This document shows positions 1-12,326 of a stretch of DNA of 64,000 nucleotides, piece after piece. Source of the DNA: Octopus bimaculoides (taxonomy: Eukaryota); the NCBI RefSeq assembly GCF_001194135.2, contig NC_068983.1, positions 84,684,010-84,748,009 of the forward strand, in the 5' to 3' direction. Each line of letters begins with the position of its first letter. The first letter of the stretch is position 1. The position numbers and the translations under genes were made by a program. A model generated the notes under the pieces. It was not told the DNA's origin. It did not search any database and saw nothing but the letters and a program-made list of their open reading frames with translations.

Positions 1-59
1 AGTTTAGGTTTTGTTGTTCGTTCTTTATACTTGATTGACCACTGTCCTACTCTCTCTAG

Positions 60-92
60 AACCTGAAGACACCTGAACTTGAACTGTAAATG
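60..92 (+). other. Candidate 33-nt non-coding or start-codon exon
   Basis: Pyrimidine tract and acceptor ctactctctctAG at 58-59 and consensus donor ATG|GTAAGT at 93-98. All three frames contain a stop, and the exon ends in ATG. Confidence 0.3.
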
Positions 93-949
93 GTAAGTTC
101 TCGTCAAATAGTTTTTATGCGACTCAAGAGTAAAACAAAACAGTTATACAAATTACAGCCACGAAGAAAATGATGATAATAATGACGAGGATGATGATAG
201 TAAGAATAATGCAAGAGATAAAAATGATAGTAGTATTATTTAAACCCCAGACTCCTAAAAAGGAACACGAATACAATAGGCACAAAGAAACAAAACGTGG
301 GTTTGTTACATCAGTTTTGTTAAAACTATAAAACGATTATAATGATAAGGAAAGTTATTGTGAAGAAAATGGTGGTAATTGTTAGAGAAATGATAATGAT
401 GAAGACAATAATCATTACATTTTTAGTAATCAAGAAATATTTTAAATTGACTCAAAACTAATTACTAATTCGAAAATTTAGTACCTTAGATTAAGAAGAC
501 AAAAACACCTACAATATTGATAACGCGATACACTCAAAACGAAATTCAGGGGAGATTTGTATAACTATAGTAAGTAACATAAGTAATTTAATATCCGTTT
601 AAGTAGTAAGGCGGTAGGGTAGGCGGAAGTGAATTAGCATAGCCTTCATTCACTCTATGAAAAGTCAAGGGAAGTAATTGTTACTGACAGATTAAAAAAA
701 ATGGTGCAACTGGGGAAAAAACAATTTTGTTACATTTTCTATTAATGTGAATACAAATCACTCAAAAACGGAGACTATAAGCAACTATGATATCAACTAA
801 CAATGGACTACATTTTTATCCTAATTTATTTGTATTTAGTTTTGTTTAGAATGCTTTTGGTTTTCTGAGAATTAGTTACATTTATAGATTTCTGAGTAGA
901 ACATTGACGATAGCATTTTGCTAAATACAACTTAGAATTTGGTTTTTGT

Positions 950-1350
950 AGTTCTTCTTTAATCCCCAAGTCACCCCTGATCAAGTGGACCCATGATCAA
1001 ATTTATTCTAGTCATGACTATCCTGTATTCTATTTCAAACAAAGTACACATACGATTACATTATTCAACGTAACCCTCTCTCTTTTTAAGAGATACAACG
1101 TAATACGAAGCATATTTGACTGTTATTTTAAGCAAATCGAGCAATCTTGTCAAGCTTCTCTTGCTGGTTCAGTGTACCCCTTGTTTTTTTAAGCATCTGG
1201 GTATTGTTGCATAGCTCCCGGTCAGCTCTGAGTGAGAAAACATGACCAAAGGCATTGCATCTGTGACCAACTCATTTTGCATTTCGCGACTTCATTTTTT
1301 AGTGTGTTATGCTTTATTTAAATCAAGATTGTGGTTTGAAATAGATTTGG
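950..1350 (-). mobile_element. Two degenerate copies of an old SINE-like dispersed repeat (core ctagaaatagcagccaaat)
   Basis: Reverse-complement similarity to the copies at 1935-2115, 11610-11760 and 43560-43835, e.g. gatttggctgctatttct at about 1343-1360. Confidence 0.45.
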
Positions 1351-1557
1351 CTGCTATTTCTGTAAAACTCCTTCATTTACTCCATTGAGAATTTCCCGTT
1401 ATATATATTTTCCCCATTATATAAATATATATATATAATGATTATATAATACATATAATCACATGTATATGTATATACATGCATATGCATAGCGTATCTG
1501 TGTGCGTGTGTATGAGTGAGAGAGTGTGAGAAAGAGAGAGTGAAAGAAAGAGAGAGA

Positions 1558-1722
<165 letters not shown>

Positions 1723-1934
1723 ACGCTTTTCTTAATATGTATATCTATGTTACTATTTAGTAGCAAACATTTTTGTTCCTGAATGTTTTTCGCATAAGAT
1801 ATTAAGACCAAGGCGAGTATAGTATAAATCAGAATAGTACGAGTCTTATCAACCCTTTGAATATACCCACACAATCATTTCTTTTTCACAAAGATGGCTG
1901 AGACGAGAAGCCAGAGTGCTTCAACGTAATTACT

Positions 1935-2115
1935 AGACCTGCTAGAAATATGAGCCAAATCGTCCTCATACCATACCTTAGCGTTTTATGACAGGTCATG
2001 TTAGATAATTTGGTTTTAATACACTGTGTATAGAAAAAGAGACAGGACGTTCACGGCTGGAAGTTCTTTGATAGTATCCTGTTCACTTAGGTCTGGGTTG
2101 GAGTGAAACAATTTC
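1935..2115 (+). mobile_element. Old SINE-like repeat copy
   Basis: gacctgctagaaata...agccaaat...cacggctggaa...tttgat motif order shared with the other copies in this window. Confidence 0.5.
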
Positions 2116-2399
2116 AATGTAAGTTTAATTCTTCCTATAATCACCAGCCTAGAAAGACGATCGAACAAGATGGCTTCTATGTTGCCGTTCGTTCTGAAAG
2201 GAATAGTTGCTAAGTCACTCCTCCGCCAACCACATTCTGCTGTTTCATTATAGTGTATAAGAATACATTAAATAATATACGTCTTCTACATTGTGCCTCG
2301 AAAGGATACAATGTCTAATTAAAAAAGAAAGAGAGAAGGGATAATCTGGCTAGAATATCTTTGATTATAGGTTCCTTCCAATCGTAGTTTATCTGGGTG

Positions 2400-2401
<2 letters not shown>

Positions 2402-2487
<86 letters not shown>

Positions 2488-2488
2488 C
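2402..2488. repeat. (AAC)n microsatellite
   Basis: Visible directly; explains the poly-Val ORF at 2315..2575. Confidence 0.98.
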
Positions 2489-3171
2489 GGTGATAGTAAT
2501 AACAGTTCGTAAAGCAAATAATATTTTAGGGATTACATTTTTTTGCAAGTTTTCCGAGTATAAACTTAAAAACAAAACTAACTAGTAAGCTACTATCAAA
2601 ATGCTACTTTCTATGAAATCTTGTTCAGAAATTTGAGATAACTTCCTATTTAAAAAAAAAATTTGTTTATTGTTTCATATTTTACACGATTGAGTGATAT
2701 ATTATAAAGGAAATATTTGTTTTTTACTCAGAGTTTCTCATAACCCCATAGCAATATAACATAGTGCGTGACCAGCAACGTAAAAGGAAGTCTCCACAGG
2801 GACAAACCTGTCATTCTGATTATATCAATGAGTAGGACGTGAATATTAGTTTCCTAATATAATGATTTCTAGGTTTCCTAAATTATAATGAATTTGTTTA
2901 GTCAAAGGAAACTAATACAAACGCACGGTCAACTGAAATATTGTCAGATGACTTCAATACTTGATGATAGCGTTTTAATGCAGTAGACTGACAATGTATA
3001 ATTAAAAAAAAAATGAGGGCCTCCCGTGTTCATTTAAAACTGCATTTTCCTCGCAAACACAAGTATTTATTAATGTCTGAGATAAGCTGCAATTAGTAAT
3101 ATTATTACGTTCTCGGACTCTTAACCTCATCTATAGATGTGAAAGGTTTTTGAATATTTACACCTACATTA

Positions 3172-3390
3172 AAGCGGCGAGCTATCAGAATCGTTAGCAC
3201 GCCAGACAAAATGCTTAGCGACGTTTCGTCTGTCTTTACGTTCTGAGTTCAATTGCCGCCGAGGTCGACTTTGTCTTTCATCCTTTCAAGGTTGATAGAA
3301 TAGGTACCAGTTAAGTACTGGGGTCGATGTAATCGACCTGCCCCCACCCCCGAAATTTTTAGCCTTGTGCTAAAATCTGAAACCAATATT
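3172..3390 (+). mobile_element. tRNA-derived SINE, copy 1 of a tandem pair
   Basis: gagct..cagaatcgttagcacgcc...ttctgagttcaa..ccgccgaggtcgactttg...agtactggggtcgatgtaatcgac...gccttgtgc consensus, repeated at 10636, 35216 and 60268. Confidence 0.88.
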
Positions 3391-3402
3391 TATATCTACA
3401 TT

Positions 3403-3622
3403 AAGGCGGTGAGCTGACAGAATCGTTAGCACACCGAGCGAAATCCTTAGAGGCATTTCGTCCGTTTTTACGTTCTGAATTCAAATTTCTACGAGGTTCA
3501 CTTTGCCTTTCGTCCTTTTGGGGTCGATAAAATAGGTACCAATTGAACACTGGGGTCGATATAATCGACTTAGCCTCTCCCCCGAACTTGTTGGGCCTTG
3601 TACCAAACTCGGAAATCAGTAT
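3403..3622 (+). mobile_element. tRNA-derived SINE, copy 2 of a tandem pair
   Basis: Same consensus, head-to-tail with the preceding copy. Confidence 0.88.
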
Positions 3623-4309
3623 TGAATCTTTGTGGTTTTCGTCACCGTTTACAATTATCTTAAAAAGAAAAAAAAATTAATGTATCATATAGATGTAATT
3701 TTTGACGCTGAATCCAATTTGTCATTCATTTGTTCAAGAAAAAATTTATATAAAANNNNNNNNNNNNNNNNNNNNNNNNNNNNNNNNNNNNNNNNNNNNN
3801 NNNNNNNNNNNNNNNNNNNNNNNNNNNNNNNNNNNNNNNNNNNNNNNNNNNNNNNNNNNNNNNNNNNNNNNNNNNNNNNNNNNNNNNNNNNNNNNNNNNN
3901 NNNNNNNNNNNNNNNNNNNNNNNNNNNNNNNNNNNNNNNNNNNNNNNNNNNNNNNNNNNNNCGAGCAAATTAAATAATTAAAAAAGCTAGGAACAAACAA
4001 ACAAACCAACAGGAGTTGCTAGAAAAAACAGTCAAGACATTGTTTGAAACAGACATTTATTAGTTAAAATATTCAAGAACGAAAGTTTGCAATACATACG
4101 CGCGCACACACACACGCCCCCCCCCACACACAAGCATTCGCATAACTCTACACACAGGGTTGAAACGCCCCCACTACCAGTTTGCCACCACCCCTTCCTT
4201 CCTTATTCATCTATCACCCCTTCCTTTCTCATTCATATGTTGTGACGGAGAAAAACACAAGAGTATTATAATAGCAGAAGATTATCATTCTCCTTGTGCG
4301 CATACGCAA

Positions 4310-4395
4310 CATCCTTGGTTACTATGGAAACAGAGTTTTTCGCCGCGGTGATCATCTTTGGTTACTATGGAAACAGAGTTTTTCGCCACGGTGAT
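4310..4395. repeat. 43-bp tandem duplication (2 units)
   Basis: catccttggttactatggaaacagagtttttcgccgcggtgat followed by catctttggttactatggaaacagagtttttcgccacggtgat (2 mismatches). Confidence 0.95.
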
Positions 4396-5058
4396 GTGTA
4401 AACTATTCGCTTCTGATCGGTTTAAATACCCAAATTTTGCAAATTTTAAAAAGCTAATAACTTTTTAATTATGGATTTATCTGAAATATGAATTTCATTT
4501 TCTTAATTGTATAAAACTTAATCCATATACATAATTTGAAAACACTTGGAACAATATTGTAAACATTGACGAAAACCACAAAGATCCCCAATATTTACAC
4601 CTACATTATGTTGTACACATAGTAATGGTTTGAACTGAAACTAATAATCTTTATATTTAATCTAAGAGTTACAGTATTTTTAACTACAATATCACTGACA
4701 CATTAAAACTATTTAATTCTCGGAGTGTTTGCTTCCCCAGAAAGCAAACGTTTGGCCAGTCGAAACCATAAGGGCATTTAGATTCTCAGCTAAAACTAGT
4801 TCCTTCAATTTACGCTGCAAATAATCTTGAGCTACACATGAAATTCCCTCAGTCTCATCTTTCTATAATCTTGTAGTCTTTGTGCATTAGTAAGACATAA
4901 GAAATTGATATTTATTTCTCTAATATACACAACACGTACCAACATTTTATTTATACCTTGGTTTTACAATATTTATTGACAGAAACGTGTGTGTGTATGT
5001 ATATAATAATATAAATTTGTAAATATGCATACAAATAAACATGTATATATATAACTCA

Positions 5059-5137
<79 letters not shown>

Positions 5138-5815
5138 ATGAGGAGTGTGTTGGCTCTTATTGTCAAATATGCATTTAGTGTCATGTTTACATGTGTAAGT
5201 GTAAGAAGAAATAAATTTGGAGTTATTATGTCCCGTTTTTCGTATTGATGCCTTATAATCTTGAAGTGGATTTGAACAGAAATAAAATACTAGTGTGTTG
5301 TGTTTAAACTATAAAGCATGTTTTAAGATAAAACGCAAAAATAAAAGTAAAACAGAACTAAAACCAAAAGAATGGGAGAAAGAGCAAGAGAAGAACATAA
5401 AGAAAACGAAAGACGAAAAATTCATTCAGTGAAAGGAAAATGAAAAATAACACAAAAACAAAACAAAAGATGAAAAAATACAGAAAATGGCAGTAAAATC
5501 TAAGGGAAACAACTCGAGGCTCTAAATGAAAAGACTAATAACAGTAGCTAAGACTTCAAACGGAAGTTATAGCAACAGTTACAACAACAGCAACAACACT
5601 AATAGCGGCAATAGTAAAAACAACGACTATAATAACAACATACGTCAAATGGAGAACTGGTAGAATTAAGGATATTTTTGCATGATTTTTGTGAGCCCTA
5701 ATCACAGCTGTATTGATCAAGAAGATCGATAATCAAGGGCACTGAAGCCGTAATCATCTTATCATGAATCGGACGGTATGGAATAAATGCAAACTGAGGT
5801 AAGAGAAAGGGGGAA

Positions 5816-5913
<98 letters not shown>

Positions 5914-5998
5914 TGTATGTGTGTCTATACATACATACATACATACATATATACATACATACATACATACATACATACATACGTATGCATATATATAT

Positions 5999-6210
5999 TC
6001 TTTTATTCTTTTACTTGTTTCAGTCATTTGACTGCGGCCATGCTGGAGCACCGCCTTTAGTCAAGCAAATCGATCCCAGAGCTTATTCTTAGTAAGCCTA
6101 GTACCTATTCTATCGTGTCTTTTTTGCCGAACCGCTAAGCTACGGGGACGTAAACACACCAGCATCGGCTGTCAAGCGATGTTGGGGTGACAAACACAGA
6201 CACACAAACA
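5999..6210 (-). mobile_element. SINE 3' portion (head lost in microsatellite or gap)
   Basis: ttttacttgtttcagtcatttgactgcggccatgctggagcaccgcctttagtc...ccgaaccgctaag.tacggggacgtaaacacaccagcatcgg resembles a very abundant octopus SINE (recognised from memory). Confidence 0.75.
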
Positions 6211-6854
6211 TGTACACACACATACATACATACATACATACATACATACATANNNNNNNNNNNNNNNNNNNNNNNNNNNNNNNNNNNNNNNNNNNNNNNN
6301 NNNNNNNNNNNNNNNNNNNNNNNNNNNNNNNNNNNNNNNNNNNNNNNNNNNNNNNNNNNNNNNNNNNNNNNNNNNNNNNNNNNNNNNNNNNNNNNNNNNN
6401 NNNNNNNNNNNNNNNNNNNNNNNNNNNNNNNNNNNNNNNNNNNNNNNNNNNNNNNNNNNNNNNNNNNNNNNNNNNNNNNNNNNNNNNNNNNNNNNNNNNN
6501 NNNNNNNNNNNNNNNNNNNNNNNNNNNNNNNNNNNNNNNNNNNNNNNNNNNNNNNNNNNNNNNNNNNNNNNNNNNNNNNNNNNNNNNNNNNNNNNNNNNN
6601 NNNNNNNNNNNNNNNNNNNNNNNNNNNNNNNNNNNNNNNNNNNNNNNNNNNNNNNNNNNNNNNNNNNNNNNNNNNNNNNNNNNNNNNNNNNNNNNNNNNN
6701 NNNNNNNNNNNNNNNNNNNNNNNNNNNNNNNNNNNNNNNNNNNNNNNNNNNNNNNNNNNNNNNNNNNNATATATATATATATATATATATAGATAGATAT
6801 ATGCATATATCCATACATATATGTAAATACCTACATCTATATGTATACATACAT

Positions 6855-7371
6855 GCATATATGGGTACAAGTCATAAAAAAAGAAACGTTAAACACAATG
6901 AGAAACGAAAACATAAAAACGAAATCAGAAAACGAACTTTTTTCGAACAACGAAAAAAAAACAACAGAGAAACGAAACATGCAACATAAAGAGTATATGC
7001 TTTCGTCGGTTGTCCCTGTCCAAGTACTCCACGTTTCGAAGGCAAGGACAACACGTGACTTCGTTGGAACAGCCCTTCGCGCAAAGCAAATTAAAGAAAA
7101 TTTGAAACTTTTTGCGGAGAGTGAAAGTATTAACAAGTATAGGACAGTGAGAACAGACAGTAAAAACAATAGAAACAGTAAAAACAAGTAAAAGCGCGAC
7201 AGTAAAAACAAACGGTGAGGGCTGTTGGGCCAAGCCGATAGAAAAATTATGAACGCTAAGTAGAAGAGACAGAGAAATTAACGTCTGTTCTTTAGGAAGG
7301 CCAGTGGGCAGTAAGAAGGAACCCCTTTCGTCACGTGTCAGCGACGAAAGGATCAAGGAAGAAGAGGAGGA

Positions 7372-7404
<33 letters not shown>

Positions 7405-7551
7405 TGAGGGAACGGTGAAAGGGAGAGAAGAAGAATAGGGAAAGGGTGGGAGAGAAAAACAGAGAGGATGAAGAACAAGAGAGGGAGAGAGATAGTAGAA
7501 GAGTGCTCATAGTAATATTAAGATAAAACTTACTTGGAAAAGGATGCGTGG
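6855..7551 (-). repeat. Copy A of an inverted, diverged ~700-bp non-coding cassette
   Basis: The reverse complement is collinear with 32242-33012; one block matches at 34 of 36 positions (7516-7551 vs 32242-32277). Confidence 0.85.
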
Positions 7552-7577
7552 CGTTCGATCATAATACTGTGTGTGTA

Positions 7578-7621
<44 letters not shown>

Positions 7622-7629
7622 CTCATATA

Positions 7630-8260
7630 TGATGGCTGTCCATTCGTGACCGAGGAAGACCATTACTGATGATTATCCATGCAAGTTGCTAGCAATGCCC
7701 GTGCATTAGGTTATTGAACCAGGAGTCAGTTCACGCGGGTTTTGCGTCCGTGGATTCCATGCTAGTCGTAGCACCCTCCTACTTGACCGGGCATGGAATG
7801 CTTGCTTCGCCAGCGATGGCACAGCCTAAAATTTTAAGCTCAAATAGCTTTGCACAACACCTCGCAGACCCTCTCCACCCTAAAGACATGATCCAAAGAC
7901 AAGCCAGGGGAGGATATACAGTGCTAACATGGGTCGCAGGCTCAGTAATGTGGGGCCATGTTCTTAAGCGCATGCAAAGGATAAAAGATACTCAAATTGT
8001 TCAATACCATTCCTTTCATATCTGATTTTATATCAGAGAGATCTTCTGCTAAAGAAGTCAGAATTTCTGAGGGTCCGTGCTACTGCTAGATAGTCGCTGA
8101 ACCTACATCAGTTTCATCCGTTCTTTTGACAGGTCTTGTTTTCAGTCCTGCCAGGTTTCTGAAAATCCTCCTCACCACGTAAGCCTAGTGGGGATGCCGG
8201 ATTAGTCGTGGACAACTCGACCATGTTACCAGTAGCACTTATGAGAGACCTCACAAGTGA
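7630..8260 (-). mobile_element. Unclassified GC-richer insertion, possibly a non-autonomous RTE-related element
   Basis: GC step relative to the flanks and lies between microsatellites. The minus-strand end atggtcttcctcggtcacgaatggacagcc loosely resembles the RTE tail at ~62020. It shares a 13-mer (cattcgtgaccga) with the SINE tail at 52623. Confidence 0.3.
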
Positions 8261-8503
8261 CCTGACATTTATATACACACAATATATATTTATCTATAAA
8301 TATATATATTCATATATATTTATAGATAGATCCATTTCAGTCAATTTTACCAGTTTCGTACACAAGTACTTGGAGACCGATCAAGGTACACATGAGAAGA
8401 GCGGGGAGGAAGAGTATGGCAACGAATCCGTTGTATAAATATTAATATACTCACTGTATTGACAAAGTGCTTCTCTTTTTGACTCACGAATTCCTAGTTT
8501 CTA

Positions 8504-8546
<43 letters not shown>

Positions 8547-8599
8547 CTAACTGATAGAATGTATTAAGTCATTTTAAAGTCAAGTTTTGTGGTACATGG

Positions 8600-10340
8600 C
8601 TCATTTAAGTAGGGAGTTGTTGTTGACTGAGATGTGTTTGATATCCCTTGAAGAAATTTGTCCAGGTTTCTTTTGAATGTGATGGGTTCTTTTTCCTCAT
8701 TGATTTGTTTTGAGATAATGTTAAATAGAGTAAGAATTGTTGAGAAAAAGAAATTGTGAAGCCTAAATATAACATGTGGCTCCAGCCGTGGATAAATTGT
8801 GAATTTGATGTTAAGATCGTTTGGGCAATACCGGTGGTATATTCTTCACATTGTGCAAATGATGTAGCCCACACAACAGCGTCGGAGAGAATAAATTTTC
8901 GATGTTTAAAGGCGGTCCCAAAAATCAAGATCAATCGTGCTTTTATCTTTTTCTGGAGTGACTTAATTCTTGTAATGTTTTGTTTGGTGTAAGGAGATCA
9001 GAAGGGGCAGCAATATTGTAGGTGTGGCCGTACAGAGGATGAGAAAAGGAGAGTGATGTCATCTTGCTCCGTGGACCGGAAAGTTCTGAGGATACAGGAA
9101 CTCATCCTGCGAGCCGTATTGACTTTATTGTTGGTATGAACACTCTTGCTGAAATTGTTGTCAACAATTACTCCTAAGTCCCTGATATTACTGGATGCTT
9201 TGAATAGTTCCCCATGAAGGAAGAGAATAAGATTGTTTAAGTGCATTCTTTTTTCCAAAGTGCATGAGTTCGAATTTTTCATCGTTTAACCGCATGTTGG
9301 TCTTTTTATCCACCCATTAGCTTACAGCATGTAGTTCAGACTGGCGTTCAGTTCGGTCTTCTATACTGATAATTTTCTGAAGCTTTGAGTCATCTGTGAA
9401 TATTTTTATTTTGCTTGTGCTTTAAGACGCTTGATATGTCATTTATATTGACTATAAAAGAGAAGCCGACACAAAACAGTCCCCTGGGGGACACCACTGG
9501 TTGGCTTGAGTGGATTTCACCGTTGGCAACATGTGTCCTATTCACCAGGAAATATTAAATTCAGTGCAGCAGTTTACCACGGATTCCAGTATTGGGCAAT
9601 TTTAACAGGAGGATATTTTGGTCGACTTTGTCGAAGGTTTTGTTGAAGTGAAGATATATATCAGTTCGAACCTGATCTCAATGTAATGTATAAGCTATGT
9701 TAGACAGTCCCTGCAGCAGCGGAAGCCAAGCTTGTTGGAATTTAGAAGATTGTAGTTTTCTGGAAGCCAGTTATCCTTGAACTCTCCACCTTTTTAAACA
9801 CATTGATGTTAAACTCAGAATGTGCGTCTGTCTGTCGGGTTGTGTATCTGTATGTGTGCATCACTAAAACTCGAGAACTACCCAACAGATTTCATTCAAA
9901 TTTTATACATGCCTTACTTAGGGTCCATGCAGTTTCATGGGCCAAAAGAATTTTCAACTTCTTGCCTAATGTATGCCTGGAGCAATCTCTTATCTCTTGC
10001 TGATATGATGTCTGAGGCAGTAAAAAGTTATGTCCAAGATAATATGTTGAGGATTAAGTTCGTTCAGATCTCTTGTGTCAATATCACTGGGATCACTAAA
10101 GACAGTGCAATATTGTTTTTGTAGTACTTCTGCCATTTTTTTTGCGACATAGCGGAGAATACTGTTATCATCTATCAGTGGACCGACGGGTGAGACAGCG
10201 GTCCTATGTTTGTTCGCATATGAATAGAACACCTTCGGGTTCTGTTTGATTTTTTTGATTACCCAGTCTTCCTCTGTAACTCTTTGGTTGTCGTTGCAGG
10301 ATTTCATGTTAATCTGCAGATAATATTTTTATAACTGAAG
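8600..10340 (-). mobile_element. Degenerate CR1-clade LINE ORF2 (RT and C-terminal region) with internal deletions
   Basis: Frameshifted motifs KQNPKVFYSYANK, FDKVD, GVPQGTVL, RDLGVIVD...CILRTF...VRPHLQYCCPF and DFWDRL..KIYSLRR. Confidence 0.88.
9825..9975 (+). mobile_element. Short DINE-1/HINE-like (Helentron-associated) insertion inside the CR1 fossil
   Basis: Starts gtctgtctgtc and continues aaaactcgagaactacccaacagatttcattcaaattttatacatg; interrupts the LINE motifs. Confidence 0.45.
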
Positions 10341-10635
10341 CCTTCTTACTTAAGTTGAATCTGGATGCAGTCAACCTCACCCCAGGGCACCTGTACGACA
10401 ACATCAATCCTCACATAGTAAAGTGGGAAGTGATTAGAAAAGATGTCATTTATCGACTTGTTCTTCACTCACAGTTCCTTTGATATTGAAATATGGTAGC
10501 GTTTTGAGAACATTGTATACATGCTCACAAGTACTACAGAATTCCCAAGGGAGAAAAAAACTCTCATCAAGAGAATAAAAGGATTTAATTATAAAATCAA
10601 CCAATTAAAATTTATACTCACTCCCGCACCATTTT

Positions 10636-10845
10636 CAAGGTAGAATCGTTAGCACGCCGGCCAAAATGCTTAGTGGGATTTCATCCGTCTTTATATTCTG
10701 AATTCAAATTCCGCTCAGATCGCCTTGCCTTTAATCCTTTCGGGATCGATAAAATAAGTACCAGTTGAGTACTGGAGTCGATGTACTTGACTTAACTCCT
10801 CTCTCAGAATTGCTGGGCGTGTGCCAAAATTTGAAACCAATATGT
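10636..10845 (+). mobile_element. tRNA-derived SINE
   Basis: Same consensus as 3172-3390. Confidence 0.85.
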
Positions 10846-10869
10846 GCGATGAGTTATAGGGAAACCCTT

Positions 10870-11100
10870 CAATATTTAAAGCATTAAATTTTATGTTTTC
10901 ATCAGTCCAGTTGTATATGAAATCGAGGTCCTGCTACAGATCTTTTAGCTGTTAGAGGTCTTTGGAGGCCTTCGAGATTTCATTTTCATTATCACTGATG
11001 GTGAAAAAGTTTATTTTGAGACCTGGAGATATGTTTGTGAGGATACGTCAATTAGAAATTTTATTCGTCCCATTTTGTTTCTTTTAAAGACACTCCAAGT
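10870..11100 (-). mobile_element. Second CR1-like RT fragment
   Basis: Minus strand reads L*QDLDFIYNWTDENIKFNAL, matching the LQxDLxxIYxWxxxNxMxFN segment after the CR1 FADD motif. Confidence 0.6.
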
Positions 11101-11609
11101 AACTTGCAGAACTTTTGGTTTAAGAATGGTACTGTTTCTTATTCCAGCAGGCTAACTTTTAAAGCAATACTGAAATTGACAACGTGTGAGTCTTCATCTG
11201 ATGAGTGAATCAACGAGGGTGACATTATGGGATAGAGCGACCTGCTAGAAATAACACCCAAACCTTCCTTTATTTACATACTGTTACTTTCATTTATGAA
11301 CCGCGGTTATGTTGGGGCAAAAGCTTTAAAGTTTTTTAGTTGATAATATATAATTCAAAATACGCTTCTTGATTTCAACGAAGGAATCTCAAACTAAGGA
11401 AATCTTCTTTCAGTAAAGAATTCCCACCTGGAAAATAACATCATAATATGGGTTAGTAACACTAATAAAACGAGGCAAGCGAAATGCTTGCGCTTTATTT
11501 TTTTTAAATTAGTCAATGTATAAATCTAATTTAAAAGCGAAAAACAAGGTAAAGCGAATCTTATTAATATTTAATAAATTTTCTACATTTAAAAAATTGT
11601 AGAGAGATT

Positions 11610-11760
11610 ATTGTTTAGCTCCAGGTCATTCTAAATTGATTAGTCTTATGATTAAAGGCCTTCTAACCGTGAGCACTCATCTTTTCCAGACATATATCTA
11701 GAATAATATGCTTTAAAGACAGTGTGATTTAAAGGGAATTTTGTTACTATTTCTGCATAG
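11610..11760 (-). mobile_element. Old SINE-like repeat copy
   Basis: tgtttagctccaggtca...tgattaaaggccttctaaccgtga...gtgtgatttaaagggaattttgttactatttctg is antisense to the family motif. A + strand fragment lies at about 11215-11280. Confidence 0.5.
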
Positions 11761-12326
11761 ATATTCCGTCGTAAGGTCATCGTGCCCATTGTGTGCTCCC
11801 TTTTACTTTTAGAACTTAGTTAATAAGATGCCATTTAATAAACAATAAAGTTATAAGGCAATCAGCACTAAAAAAAAGACAGAACTACACCAGAGAGCTA
11901 GGAATAGTTTAATAAATCTGCTTAAATAATAAAGAAATAATCACAGTAAAGTTTTCTTGATTCTATTTCGCATAATTTCCCGCTGCATTATCGAGTGCAG
12001 GTGGTTCAATATCTATAGTGTGAGCATCTAGTTCCATACATACCTATATATGCACTGTAACATATCTAAATATATGTATGTACTGTAACGTATATGTAAA
12101 TATATGTATGTATATTATATGTGCATGAGAAAGTATGCATGTGTGTTTATGTGTATCAACACGCATGAACATACACGCAAAAGAAAGCAAAATTAACTGT
12201 ACTATTCAACAAAAAGTTTTGAAGGGTCTTTTTTGCATAACGATTGTAAAGTGTATTAAATTACAATTGACATCCTCATCTAAGAATAAATAAATAAATC
12301 AATAAAATTAATTTTTAACTTTTCAG

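Noticed and set aside
2168-2253. caagATGGCT-initiated peptide MASMLPFVLKGIVAKSLLRQPHSAVSL resembling a targeting sequence or YY1 motif
   Set aside because: Ends in a stop with no convincing donor; a short motif match is expected by chance.
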